DNA from: a virus
DNA: 64,000 nucleotides
IMG/VR virus record: IMGVR_UViG_3300042922_000850
Span: 102,759 to 166,758 of that record
Strand: one strand, 5' to 3'
The notes beneath the pieces are model-generated. The model was not told the origin of the DNA, made no database searches, and worked only from the letters and a program-made list of their open reading frames with translations. Positions 9,186 to 18,131 of this stretch are shown here, piece by piece. The translations under genes were made by a program, and so were the position numbers. Position 1 is the first letter of the stretch, and the number at the start of each line of letters is the position of its first letter.

Positions 9186-12100
9186 ATGCAAGAAGAAAAA
9201 GATCGCGATAAGTTTACTCATTTGCACGTACATACCCAAGGTTCGTTAGCAGATTCTATGTTAAAAGAAATTGAACTTGCAAAAGCAATTAAAGCAAAAG
9301 GGATGCACGCAGTTGCGATTACAGATCACGGTAATATGTTCAATGTAATAAAGTTCTATAAAGCTTGTAAGCGTGAGGGTATTAAGCCAATAATCGGTAT
9401 GGAAGCTTATGTCGCCCCGAGATCTAATTTATTAAAACAACATAAAATAGATGATGCAAATTACCATTTGGTTCTACTCGCAGAAAACAATGATGGTTAT
9501 CAGAATTTAATGAGTATTGCTTCAGATTCATCAATTAACGGTATGTACTATAGGCCTAGAACAGACAAGTCGAAACTAAGAGAATGGAGCAAAGGCATAA
9601 TCGCTTTATCTGCTTGTTTAGGTGGAGAGGTTCAGCAATATATTCTCGAAAAAGATTACAATACGGCAAAGAAAGTTGCTTTAGAATATCAAGATATTTT
9701 TGGAGTTGGTAATTTCTTTTTAGAATTGCAAGACCATGGCCTGCCTGAACAAAAGATGGTAAATGAAGCTTTGCTTAAAATGAGCAAGGAGACGAATATA
9801 CCTCTGGTTTGCACAAATGACTGCCATTATCTAACCAATGGCGATTATGAGCCACACGACGTTCTCATGGCTATCCAAGCAAAGACCACAGTAGATAGCG
9901 AAAAACGAAAAAAGTATGGATCGGATCAATTCTATGTAAAAACGCAAGAAGAAATGGAACAACTATTCAGTTATATCCCAGAGGCGCTTGAAAATACAGT
10001 AAAGATTGCAGAGCGATGTAATGTGGTAATTGATTTTCACTCTAATAAATTACCGCCATTCCGGTTACCGGCTAACTTTACTGGGACTAATTTCGAATAT
10101 CTTATGATGCTTACGTATAAAGGTTTGAAGAAATTTTATGGTGAAATAACGCCAGAGATTAAAGAAAAAGCTGAATACGAAGCAAATGTTGTAAATGGTA
10201 TGGGTTATGTAAATTACTTCTTAATTGTGTGGGACTTTTTCCGGTTCTGCATTGAGGGAACTGATGAACCAGGCCAACCAAGTCCTCCAGGATGGATACC
10301 AATTTTAACAGGTCCAGGCAGAGGAAGCGGAGCAGGAAGTATTCTGTTATATGCCTTAGAAATTACTAAAATAGATCCAATAAGATATGACCTTTTGTTC
10401 GAGAGATTTTTAGACCCATCTCGTGTTTCCATGCCAGATGTGGATAGCGATTTCGAATATGAGAGAAGACAGGAGGTTATTGATTATGTAATTCGAAAAT
10501 ACGGAAGACAATCTGTGTGCCAGATTATAACGTACGGCACATTAGCAGCAAGGGCCGCTATTCGAGCAGTTGGTAAAGCGCTTGATTTGCCGTATAGTAT
10601 TTATGATGAAACGGCAAAAATGATACCGATTGAACCGGGGATTACAATTAAAGATGCTCTGGAACAAAATCCAGATTTATTTCGTAAGTACGATAATGAT
10701 GAAATCATACATCGTCTGCTTAATATTTCTATGAGACTAGAAGGACTACCGACTTATACAAGTACTCATGCTGCAGGTGTGTTAATCACGGATGATCGTG
10801 GAGTTACCGCACACGTTCCGGTTTGGGCAAATGAGGGCGCGATTGTATCTCAATATGATATGAATATACTTGAAGAGTTAGGGCTTCTGAAAATGGACTT
10901 CCTTGGGCTTCGTACACTAGGAGTAATTCGAGAAGCTATGGACATGATTAAGAAAAACCATGGGGTTACAGTTGACCTTGATCAGGTTTATCAATGTCTG
11001 GATATGGCTCCGCTACGATTACTTGAAGAAGGGAAGACAGATGGTATTTTCCAGTTAGAAGGTGGCGGTCTAACTGAGTTTGTAAGAGAGTTAAAGCCAA
11101 AGAGCATGGAAGAGTGGATTGCTGTAATTTCTCTCTATCGCCCAGGACCAATGGATTCAATTCCACAATATATGGCCAATCGAAGAAACCCGGACCTTAT
11201 CCAATATCCGTTCGAGGTATTACGAGAAGTGCTTGGGGAAACCTTTGGAGTCCTCTGCTATCAAGAGCAATGTATGAAATCTGTTATTATTGTATCAGGA
11301 TATGATAAATCCGACTCTGATGGCTTTCGTAAGGTTATTTCGAAGAAGAAGAAAGACCTAATCCCATTACATCGAAAATGGTTTATCGACGGAAGAAACC
11401 AAGTGGATTTGGACGAATACGGAAAGCAAAAGGACTATGGGCACGTTATACCAGGAGGCATTACAAAAGGGCAAGCAAGAGAAGCTTTAGAGAGGTTCTT
11501 CGATAAGATGGAGGACTTTGGTAAATATGCTTTTAACAAATCCCATGCCGCAGCGTATGCCGTTGTTGGATATGTAACTGCGTGGCTGAAGTTCTATTAT
11601 CCAGTAGAATTTATGGCGGCATTAATGAATTCTTTAGCAGGAGCTACAAAGCAAACAAAAACCGCTCGTTATATTAACCACTGCAGAAACAGTCTTGGTA
11701 TTGATATTGTTGCACCAGATATTAACACGAGTGAGGAAAGATTTGTTGCCACAGAAGATGGAAAAATCATCTTTACATTAAACGCAAAAAATGTATCAGC
11801 GACTAGCTTGCAAATCATTAAAGCGCAAAGAGCCACATCTAAATTTAGAGACTTTGATGACTTTATACGCAGAACTCTCGACGGAGTGGGAAAACAAGAT
11901 ATTACTGCGTTCGCTTCTATAGGAGCATTTGATAGCCTTGGTAGCATAAGTTCACAAATCACTGCAGGAGCCGCCGATATTGCTGACAAGATGTCCAAAA
12001 CCAAACAAGCAAGAGCCAGAGCAAGAAATTCGGGGAGAGCATTTGAAATTGAAAAATGGTTAACCCTCGATGTAGCTATACCTTATGGTATAAAAGAGTT

Positions 12101-12743
12101 TCCGAACAGAGTTCGTTGGGCTTTGGAAAAAGAATATCTGGGATTATATCTAACAGGCCACCCAATCTATGACTATCTTTATTACTCAGAACAATACTCT
12201 AATTTTAAGCTATCCGAGTTAGATTACGAGATCGATGAAGAAACCGGATTGGTAATTATGAGTACACCAATCCACGGAAGAAAAACAGTAAGGTTTGTTG
12301 GAATGTTTAGCAGCATAAAGAAAACCATTACAAGAAAGAATAAAGAAAAGATGGCTATCGCAGAAGTTGAAGACTTAACCGGTACCGCAAAGATGATGAT
12401 ATGGCCAAATAATTATCTGGCTGTGGAAGACTTATTATCTACGGATAAGGTCTACGACTTTACAGGATATATTAAAACAGATCCAGAGGAACCACCGGTC
12501 ATTGTCCTAACTTCTCTCGAACCACTTGAAATACCAAAAATCAAGAAGCTCGTTATTCGAGAAAACGACAGGTTTAAACTCAAATCCGTTGTTGATTCCA
12601 TTCGTTACAACAGACTTTTTAGAGGAGATACTCCGGTATATGTGGAGTGTGGTAATATCAGGTTGCTGCTTGATAATAAATGCTGGGTAAACTTGGACAC
12701 AATAGACTTGAGTGAGTGCGAATATCAAATTATTGACAAATAA
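9186..12743 (+). CDS. dnaE: DNA polymerase III alpha subunit (family C, DnaE type) with intact PHP domain
   Basis: HLHVHT/TDHG/TNDCH PHP motifs, GRGSGAGS, FERFL...MPDVDSDF, KMDFLGL, YAFNKSHAAAY, C-terminal OB fold. Confidence 0.97.
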   Translation: MQEEKDRDKFTHLHVHTQGSLADSMLKEIELAKAIKAKGMHAVAITDHGNMFNVIKFYKACKREGIKPIIGMEAYVAPRSNLLKQHKIDDANYHLVLLAENNDGYQNLMSIASDSSINGMYYRPRTDKSKLREWSKGIIALSACLGGEVQQYILEKDYNTAKKVALEYQDIFGVGNFFLELQDHGLPEQKMVNEALLKMSKETNIPLVCTNDCHYLTNGDYEPHDVLMAIQAKTTVDSEKRKKYGSDQFYVKTQEEMEQLFSYIPEALENTVKIAERCNVVIDFHSNKLPPFRLPANFTGTNFEYLMMLTYKGLKKFYGEITPEIKEKAEYEANVVNGMGYVNYFLIVWDFFRFCIEGTDEPGQPSPPGWIPILTGPGRGSGAGSILLYALEITKIDPIRYDLLFERFLDPSRVSMPDVDSDFEYERRQEVIDYVIRKYGRQSVCQIITYGTLAARAAIRAVGKALDLPYSIYDETAKMIPIEPGITIKDALEQNPDLFRKYDNDEIIHRLLNISMRLEGLPTYTSTHAAGVLITDDRGVTAHVPVWANEGAIVSQYDMNILEELGLLKMDFLGLRTLGVIREAMDMIKKNHGVTVDLDQVYQCLDMAPLRLLEEGKTDGIFQLEGGGLTEFVRELKPKSMEEWIAVISLYRPGPMDSIPQYMANRRNPDLIQYPFEVLREVLGETFGVLCYQEQCMKSVIIVSGYDKSDSDGFRKVISKKKKDLIPLHRKWFIDGRNQVDLDEYGKQKDYGHVIPGGITKGQAREALERFFDKMEDFGKYAFNKSHAAAYAVVGYVTAWLKFYYPVEFMAALMNSLAGATKQTKTARYINHCRNSLGIDIVAPDINTSEERFVATEDGKIIFTLNAKNVSATSLQIIKAQRATSKFRDFDDFIRRTLDGVGKQDITAFASIGAFDSLGSISSQITAGAADIADKMSKTKQARARARNSGRAFEIEKWLTLDVAIPYGIKEFPNRVRWALEKEYLGLYLTGHPIYDYLYYSEQYSNFKLSELDYEIDEETGLVIMSTPIHGRKTVRFVGMFSSIKKTITRKNKEKMAIAEVEDLTGTAKMMIWPNNYLAVEDLLSTDKVYDFTGYIKTDPEEPPVIVLTSLEPLEIPKIKKLVIRENDRFKLKSVVDSIRYNRLFRGDTPVYVECGNIRLLLDNKCWVNLDTIDLSECEYQIIDK

Positions 12744-12757
12744 AGGAGGCTATTTAT

Positions 12758-13012
12758 ATGGCGACAATTACAGAAAATGATATCTTAAAAGTAAAAAACG
12801 AGGCTCTTGCAATCAGAGACCAGGTGATTTCTGCAAAATCAACACTTGAAAACGTAACAACTAATATTAAAAATTATGAGGAAGAATTGAGACAATTAGA
12901 TGTTGACCCAGATAAGATAGATGAAAAAATTGCCGAGATGTCAGCACAGCGAGATGAGATTTACACATCTTCCTTACAAACCATAAATGATTGGAAATCA
13001 AAAATGGTTTAG
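12758..13012 (+). CDS. Small coiled-coil protein, probable third part of split SbcC/Rad50
   Basis: Entirely helical/heptad with central LDVDPD turn; lies between the two SbcC halves. Confidence 0.6.
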   Translation: MATITENDILKVKNEALAIRDQVISAKSTLENVTTNIKNYEEELRQLDVDPDKIDEKIAEMSAQRDEIYTSSLQTINDWKSKMV

Positions 13013-13023
13013 GGGGAAGATGA

Positions 13024-14004
13024 TTGCTCGGTAAACCGTGGACAGATGCAGATAAAGACTTCTTAATTAAGTCATACGCTGAAGAAAGTATCGAATACAT
13101 ATCTGATTATCTAGGCAGAAGTAAAAATGCTGTTATGGCCAAAGCCAGAGAACTTGACTTGAAAAAGATAGTCAAAAAGAATACTTGGACAGAACAAGAG
13201 ATTTCTTATTTGGTAAAGATGTACCCTAAACAAAGTGCCAAATACATCGCTAAGAAATTAGGGCGTGGGGTCGATGCGGTCTTCCGTATGGCACACAAAA
13301 TGAATTTAACAAAGAAAAGGGGCAGAAAAGCAAAACCCAGATGGACACAAGACGAAATATTCTACCTCACAAATTTATATGCAACAAAAGATATTAAAAA
13401 GATTGCGGAAAGATTAGGAAGAACGGAATCGGCTGTAATTCATAAGGCTTCACAACTTCATTTATTCAGGGAGAAGAATTACAATCGAAACGGTGTTCCT
13501 TGGGCAGACTCGGAGTTCGATTATCTGAGAAAACACTATGCAACAAAGAATACCGTAACGCTATCCATTGAGATGGATCGCCCAATAAGCACTATTCAGG
13601 AGTATGCAGCTAGGATGGGTATACACAAGAAAAGAGCCGCCGCACCTAAGCCACTTCGAAAAATAAGTCATGGCGGTATAGGGAAGTGGACGGATTGGGA
13701 ATCGCAATATCTTAGAGAGACGTATGATATATTCCATTGGAAACACATGCGTTATGATGCATTGTGTCGTTCTCCCAAGTCAATCAACAAAAGATTAAAA
13801 ACCATGGGACTATACGAACTACGTGTACGAAGAGTTCGTAGTTATACGGTAGTTTTTTATTACCGAACAGAAGAAGAACTGAGACAAAAATGGGAATATG
13901 TGAATTTTTGGAAAGAGGTGACAAACGATGCTTACCCAGGATCAAGAAAAGATGGCTACAGATTTCGAGGCAGCATTGCAGCAGTTGAAAGAGGCTGTAA
14001 GTAA
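13024..14004 (+). CDS. Protein of five tandem Myb/SANT-like (homeodomain-like HTH) repeats
   Basis: Five ~50-aa repeats W(T/A)xxExxYLxxxY...LGRSxxAVxxKAxxLxL; very basic. Confidence 0.75.
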   Translation: MLGKPWTDADKDFLIKSYAEESIEYISDYLGRSKNAVMAKARELDLKKIVKKNTWTEQEISYLVKMYPKQSAKYIAKKLGRGVDAVFRMAHKMNLTKKRGRKAKPRWTQDEIFYLTNLYATKDIKKIAERLGRTESAVIHKASQLHLFREKNYNRNGVPWADSEFDYLRKHYATKNTVTLSIEMDRPISTIQEYAARMGIHKKRAAAPKPLRKISHGGIGKWTDWESQYLRETYDIFHWKHMRYDALCRSPKSINKRLKTMGLYELRVRRVRSYTVVFYYRTEEELRQKWEYVNFWKEVTNDAYPGSRKDGYRFRGSIAAVERGCK

Positions 14005-14620
14005 AATGCGATTTAGAAAGGAAACTCTTCTAAACGACTCTGAAAAGTTACAAAAAGACATCGATGATTTAAAGATTGGTGATTATGATAAGGCAGCTAT
14101 CCTGATGAATAAATTAGCAAACAATCAACGGGCAGCGGCAAGTGAACAGTTATCTAAATTAGGGACGATGGCGTTACAGTATACTTTTGGCCCTAACTAT
14201 GAGATGCAAATTGAAATGGCAGGGACTTTGAAAAAGCCTAAAGCAGACATATGGTTTATTCAAGATGGAAAAGTCGATGAAAGAGAAGATCCGATGGAAG
14301 ACAATGGTGGTGGCGTTGTCGATATTATTGGTTCCTCCATGCGCGTAGTGATTATGGATAACTATTCTGATGCTTCAAAAGGAATTCCTTATATTGATGG
14401 ACCGATCCTATTTGATGAACCCTTCAAGATGGTTAGTAGTGAATACATACCTCAAATGAGCGAATTTATTTCTAACGTAGCGAAGGATTTTAACCGACAG
14501 GTTATTGCGGTAACCCATAACGATTATCTATCATCTATGACAGACTCAAACATTTTTATCTCATTGGATGAGAACAAAAGGAGCGTTGTCGTTATACAAA
14601 AGAACAAAAAGGAGGAATAA
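13928..14620 (+). CDS. sbcC: SbcC/Rad50-like ATPase, C-terminal half (signature, Walker B, H-loop)
   Basis: NGGGVVD signature variant, ILFDEPF Walker B/D-loop, IAVTHN H-loop; GAGGTG RBS. Confidence 0.85.
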   Translation: MLTQDQEKMATDFEAALQQLKEAVSKMRFRKETLLNDSEKLQKDIDDLKIGDYDKAAILMNKLANNQRAAASEQLSKLGTMALQYTFGPNYEMQIEMAGTLKKPKADIWFIQDGKVDEREDPMEDNGGGVVDIIGSSMRVVIMDNYSDASKGIPYIDGPILFDEPFKMVSSEYIPQMSEFISNVAKDFNRQVIAVTHNDYLSSMTDSNIFISLDENKRSVVVIQKNKKEE

Positions 14621-14902
14621 ATGCCCATGCTATTATTCGGGAAGAAAGAAAGTGTTTGTGCACCAACCCCAAAGTATCGGACCGAAATTTCCAAATTGGT
14701 TGATGAGCGAAAAGCAGTACAAAATGTAATGCGGTTTATCTGTGATCCGGATTTGTATAATGTTTACCAGGATAAGTTACAGAATATTGATGCGGAACTT
14801 GGTTTACTATATAAAAAGGCTCGCACAGAAAACGAAAGGAATGATCAGTTGTATGTTGTCACCTCAACTATTAAGCAATATCAAAAAAATCTTTATCAAT
14901 AA
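14621..14902 (+). CDS. Hypothetical helical protein
   Basis: AGGAGG RBS. Confidence 0.65.
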   Translation: MPMLLFGKKESVCAPTPKYRTEISKLVDERKAVQNVMRFICDPDLYNVYQDKLQNIDAELGLLYKKARTENERNDQLYVVTSTIKQYQKNLYQ

Positions 14903-15317
14903 AATTGAATTGATGCAACAACGCGATGAATTACGAACCTCCGTCGCAAATGGAAAAGACTTTTTTTATAAGTACGCAAAGTCTGGTGATGGCAAGCTTC
15001 TTGGCGATGGTGCTCAAAGGATGTTGGAGATAATCCAGCGGATAGCGGACATTGAGAGTGAAATAAAAAGGATGGATACTCTGATTATTTCAAACCTAGA
15101 AATGGAAATTAACCAAGTTAATTTTAAGTTTGTCATCCCGCAACACCCAAATGATGCGGGCGATATTATACAAAGCACAGAATATTTTGTAACAAATGAG
15201 GATACTTCAAGAGAAAATAGCTTGGATATTAATGATTTATGGACTATTATACTTTTGAAGGAGATGTTTGATGTTAAAAACGTTGAGCTAATTCCGAAAG
15301 AGAAAGGTGGTGAATAA
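14742..15317 (+). CDS. Hypothetical protein (true start probably ~14853)
   Basis: Coding-like composition in the 3' two thirds; overlaps previous ORF. Confidence 0.6.
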   Translation: MIRICIMFTRISYRILMRNLVYYIKRLAQKTKGMISCMLSPQLLSNIKKIFINKIELMQQRDELRTSVANGKDFFYKYAKSGDGKLLGDGAQRMLEIIQRIADIESEIKRMDTLIISNLEMEINQVNFKFVIPQHPNDAGDIIQSTEYFVTNEDTSRENSLDINDLWTIILLKEMFDVKNVELIPKEKGGE

Positions 15318-15318
15318 G

Positions 15319-15570
15319 ATGTTTATTAATTTTTACGATGAGTTAGAAATGATCGACGAGTTAAAACAGAGAGTTGGCGAACTTGTAGTTTTACACTATG
15401 AGTGTGAAGACTGCGGGACCGATCAGGTAACAGATGAGTTAGAGATAACTTCTGACATGATTGATGATTTACAAGCAGATGGATATTTTATGTGTAGTTG
15501 GCCTTGTACTGATTGCGGCGCAAACACTAAGTTTATGAGAACAGACATGATGAGGGGAATTGAGTACTAG
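15319..15570 (+). CDS. Small zinc-ribbon protein
   Basis: CEDC...CTDC pairs; acidic. Confidence 0.7.
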   Translation: MFINFYDELEMIDELKQRVGELVVLHYECEDCGTDQVTDELEITSDMIDDLQADGYFMCSWPCTDCGANTKFMRTDMMRGIEY

Positions 15571-15590
15571 GCATACGGGGGTAAAGTGGA

Positions 15591-15731
15591 ATGTGTATTT
15601 TTAAGAAGGTTGCTACTGCTATATTAAAGTTCGTGACAGTAGTTGTTGTACCAGCTACATATCTTTTAATCAAAGGGTTCGTTGATTCTATGTTCCCGTC
15701 TTCTGCACGAGAAATATTTGAAAATTCATAA
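15591..15731 (+). CDS. 46-aa hydrophobic/amphipathic peptide (not in ORF track)
   Basis: MCIFKKVATAILKFVTVVVVPATYLLIKGFVDSMFPSSAREIFENS*; GGGGG RBS-like element upstream. Confidence 0.55.
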   Translation: MCIFKKVATAILKFVTVVVVPATYLLIKGFVDSMFPSSAREIFENS

Positions 15732-15884
15732 TCTCAAATATTTCTCGTATAAGAAAGGTGAAGCGGGGCAACCCCGCCTGGAAACGATAATATACAGGCT
15801 TGTTATATAGTATGTTTGTAAGGTTAGCAAATAAAACAAATAACCATATTATCAACGAAATACAAAATATAACTATAATACTAG

Positions 15885-15916
15885 GCTCTTGGCGGTTTGC
15901 CAAGAGCTATTTATTT
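15885..15916 (+). terminator. Intrinsic terminator-like hairpin
   Basis: GCTCTTGGC-ggttt-GCCAAGAGC then TATTTATTT. Confidence 0.6.
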
Positions 15917-15942
15917 CATTAAATTTTATGGTATAAGAAAGA

Positions 15943-15973
15943 AAAGGTAGAGAAGACACGATTCTCTACCTTT
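15943..15973 (+). promoter_or_regulatory. Leader hairpin immediately after GTATAAGAAA motif
   Basis: AAAGGTAGAGAA-7 nt-TTCTCTACCTTT upstream of gene at 16005. Confidence 0.45.
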
Positions 15974-16004
15974 AAATAATTTTATTTAAAGGAGGATAAA
16001 AACT

Positions 16005-16943
16005 ATGACTCAAAATTTAGAATCAGTTTTATCATTTTTATTAAGACCGGCGGTAGAATATAACCTGCCGCAGAAAAAATATTGGGGAACAGTGGTTAAA
16101 GAAAATTCAATGTTAGTTGCTTCTGGTAGTTTCACAATTGAAATCGGGAACATTCATTTCGACAAAAAGCCAGATGGAGAGTATTTTAGTTTTCTGGAGA
16201 GCAAGTTTGCTGAGTTTGCATATCCGCTAAATCCGGCTCAGATTCAAGAAAAAGTGAGTTCTCAGTGCAGCTTTGTTGGCAAGGTGGTATTCCCATTAAC
16301 AAATATTATTAACCGGTTGTCTGATATCGATAAGCAACTCGTACCTAATGGCAAGGATTCTATATTGAAACGCTGTAGACTTATCGTGTCTCCTGGGTTT
16401 TTAGAATCTGGAGATATGACACTAAAGTTTACAGACAATGGAAACGGGTGGGAATTCAAACATGCTTCTCTACCAAAACCAGTTCGCCTACACAAAGATT
16501 CTGTAATAGGACCTGACGGAATAAGAAAAGATACTGTGTACAGGTGCGAATTAAAAGATAGCGATGATCTTCTTGTAAATGTAATTGAACCGTATGGAAA
16601 AATGAGACTTGGTATTTTATATTCTCCAAAAGGATTTGTACCGGTGAATTTAGAGGAGATTAACCGAATGAGCGGTAAAATACCACCCGACATGATAATC
16701 TGTTCAAATATAATTGAACCGAACCCAATCCCGGCTCCACCAATTCATTTAGACGCTAGTACAATGTTCGATTTATTAAATGTATTTTTAATGTGCCAGA
16801 ACACAGAAAAGATAGAAATGCACTTACCTGATGATCCCAACAAACCGGTAATGTTTACTAACGTTCCTACGAGTGATGATGATTTAAGAATAAGAGTTGT
16901 TGTGGGAACGCTCAACCCGTTCTACGGAGCACAGAGGAGGTAA
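16005..16943 (+). CDS. Divergent sliding-clamp (DnaN/beta)-like protein (tentative)
   Basis: C-terminus HLDASTMFDLL...KIEMHLPDDPNKPVMFT...RVVVGTL resembles beta-clamp domain III (FNxxYLLDxL...VxIxxxxxxxPxxI...xVIMP); N-terminal GTVVKENSMLVASGS resembles GVLxxxxxxxxVATDG. Confidence 0.4.
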   Translation: MTQNLESVLSFLLRPAVEYNLPQKKYWGTVVKENSMLVASGSFTIEIGNIHFDKKPDGEYFSFLESKFAEFAYPLNPAQIQEKVSSQCSFVGKVVFPLTNIINRLSDIDKQLVPNGKDSILKRCRLIVSPGFLESGDMTLKFTDNGNGWEFKHASLPKPVRLHKDSVIGPDGIRKDTVYRCELKDSDDLLVNVIEPYGKMRLGILYSPKGFVPVNLEEINRMSGKIPPDMIICSNIIEPNPIPAPPIHLDASTMFDLLNVFLMCQNTEKIEMHLPDDPNKPVMFTNVPTSDDDLRIRVVVGTLNPFYGAQRR

Positions 16944-16950
16944 TTAGCTA

Positions 16951-17469
16951 GTGTATAGTACTTTTCATGAAAGGTTGGAAGAAGATGCGGATATTGACCT
17001 TGAGCACTTCAGTGTCTTGAGGCATACAGGCAAGGAGTTAATAGCGCAAGGGGAGAATATCGCCTATCCAATTTTCGCATATGGATGGGACTATCTTCTT
17101 TCAAGTACGTTGATTACAATCCATAACAATGACTTCAGGAAGGAAGTTAAAACAAAGTATCAAGAGGCATTTATTGATGCGGATGACCTGGACTTCATTC
17201 CAAGTGTACTAGAAGTCGCAGATGCTATTGATGAATATAATATGATTGTTATCCATGATTTTTATAAAAATAATGGATATTCTATCGATGATATTGATGT
17301 TATCATTGGAAATTATATTCAAGAGTTCTCATGCTCCATGGAGGATTGGGTTGAAGAAGTTTTTAGAGATTTTGGATACGCTTATTATGGTTCATCCGTA
17401 AGTCGGTGCCACGATATTACGGATGAATATGCTCCACAGAATATACTTCTAGTGGAATTTTTAAGATAG
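16951..17469 (+). CDS. Acidic paralogue array member 1
   Basis: IPSVLEVADAIDEYN, EVFRDFGYAY, APQNILLVEF; GAGGAGG RBS, GTG start. Confidence 0.75.
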   Translation: MYSTFHERLEEDADIDLEHFSVLRHTGKELIAQGENIAYPIFAYGWDYLLSSTLITIHNNDFRKEVKTKYQEAFIDADDLDFIPSVLEVADAIDEYNMIVIHDFYKNNGYSIDDIDVIIGNYIQEFSCSMEDWVEEVFRDFGYAYYGSSVSRCHDITDEYAPQNILLVEFLR

Positions 17470-17482
17470 GAGGCACTAATTT

Positions 17483-18127
17483 ATGAACAACCTCGCAATA
17501 AAAGGGGACCATTCCTTAGAAACTAGTGACACCCCACGGGTATATTTCTATAACAAATATTATAATATGCCGGAAGCATACGACGCGGATACACTATGTA
17601 GTATGGTTATTAATCATCCACAGTATACAGAAGATAAGGAGGAGAACGAGAAGAGAATACTTCAAATCTATAATGATGTAATGGAACAGATGGGTGGCGA
17701 AGCTATCCCATCATTTATCGATATTACCGCTTCTGTTTCATCGTATAATGAAAATATATTTTATAATATAGCTGTTCTTCAAGTAATGGAAAATGGTTCA
17801 TATTTGGATGTGGACGATATTGAGGAGCTGCTCGAAGAGGAAACAACTTCCGTAATGGAGTGGTTTAGTTATAATTTAGAATATTGTAATTTGGATGACT
17901 CTATATTTGAACTGTTGCATAGAAATAAATTGTCCTTTTCGGTGTCTGAAGATGACTCACAATATGAAGATTTAATAAGAGTAGATGAGGTTGTTAGAAC
18001 TTTGCCAGAAGGCGGAAAAGAATATGACATTATAATTGCTGATTGCCAGAACATAATTCTCCCGTGCTTTGGAATTCGTGATTTCTTTTTACAAGACAAC
18101 CTTATCTTATATAGACCTGGGGAGTGA
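17483..18127 (+). CDS. Acidic paralogue array member 2
   Basis: IPSFIDITASVSSYN, ELLHRNKLSF, DCQNIILP. Confidence 0.8.
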   Translation: MNNLAIKGDHSLETSDTPRVYFYNKYYNMPEAYDADTLCSMVINHPQYTEDKEENEKRILQIYNDVMEQMGGEAIPSFIDITASVSSYNENIFYNIAVLQVMENGSYLDVDDIEELLEEETTSVMEWFSYNLEYCNLDDSIFELLHRNKLSFSVSEDDSQYEDLIRVDEVVRTLPEGGKEYDIIIADCQNIILPCFGIRDFFLQDNLILYRPGE

Positions 18128-18131
18128 AAAA

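Noticed and set aside
9186-12743. Intein or intron in dnaE
   Set aside because: Length is normal and motifs are collinear; only short insertions (e.g. EGTDEPGQPSPPGW), no C...HN splice motifs.
14742-14902. Programmed frameshift at the A7 run joining ORFs 14621-14902 and 14742-15317
   Set aside because: The downstream ORF has a plausible independent start near 14853 with GAAAGGA upstream; simple overlap suffices.
15688-15903. Hydrophobic - strand ORF as type I toxin
   Set aside because: No RBS; the TTG start lies in a hairpin; hydrophobicity follows from the A-rich + strand.
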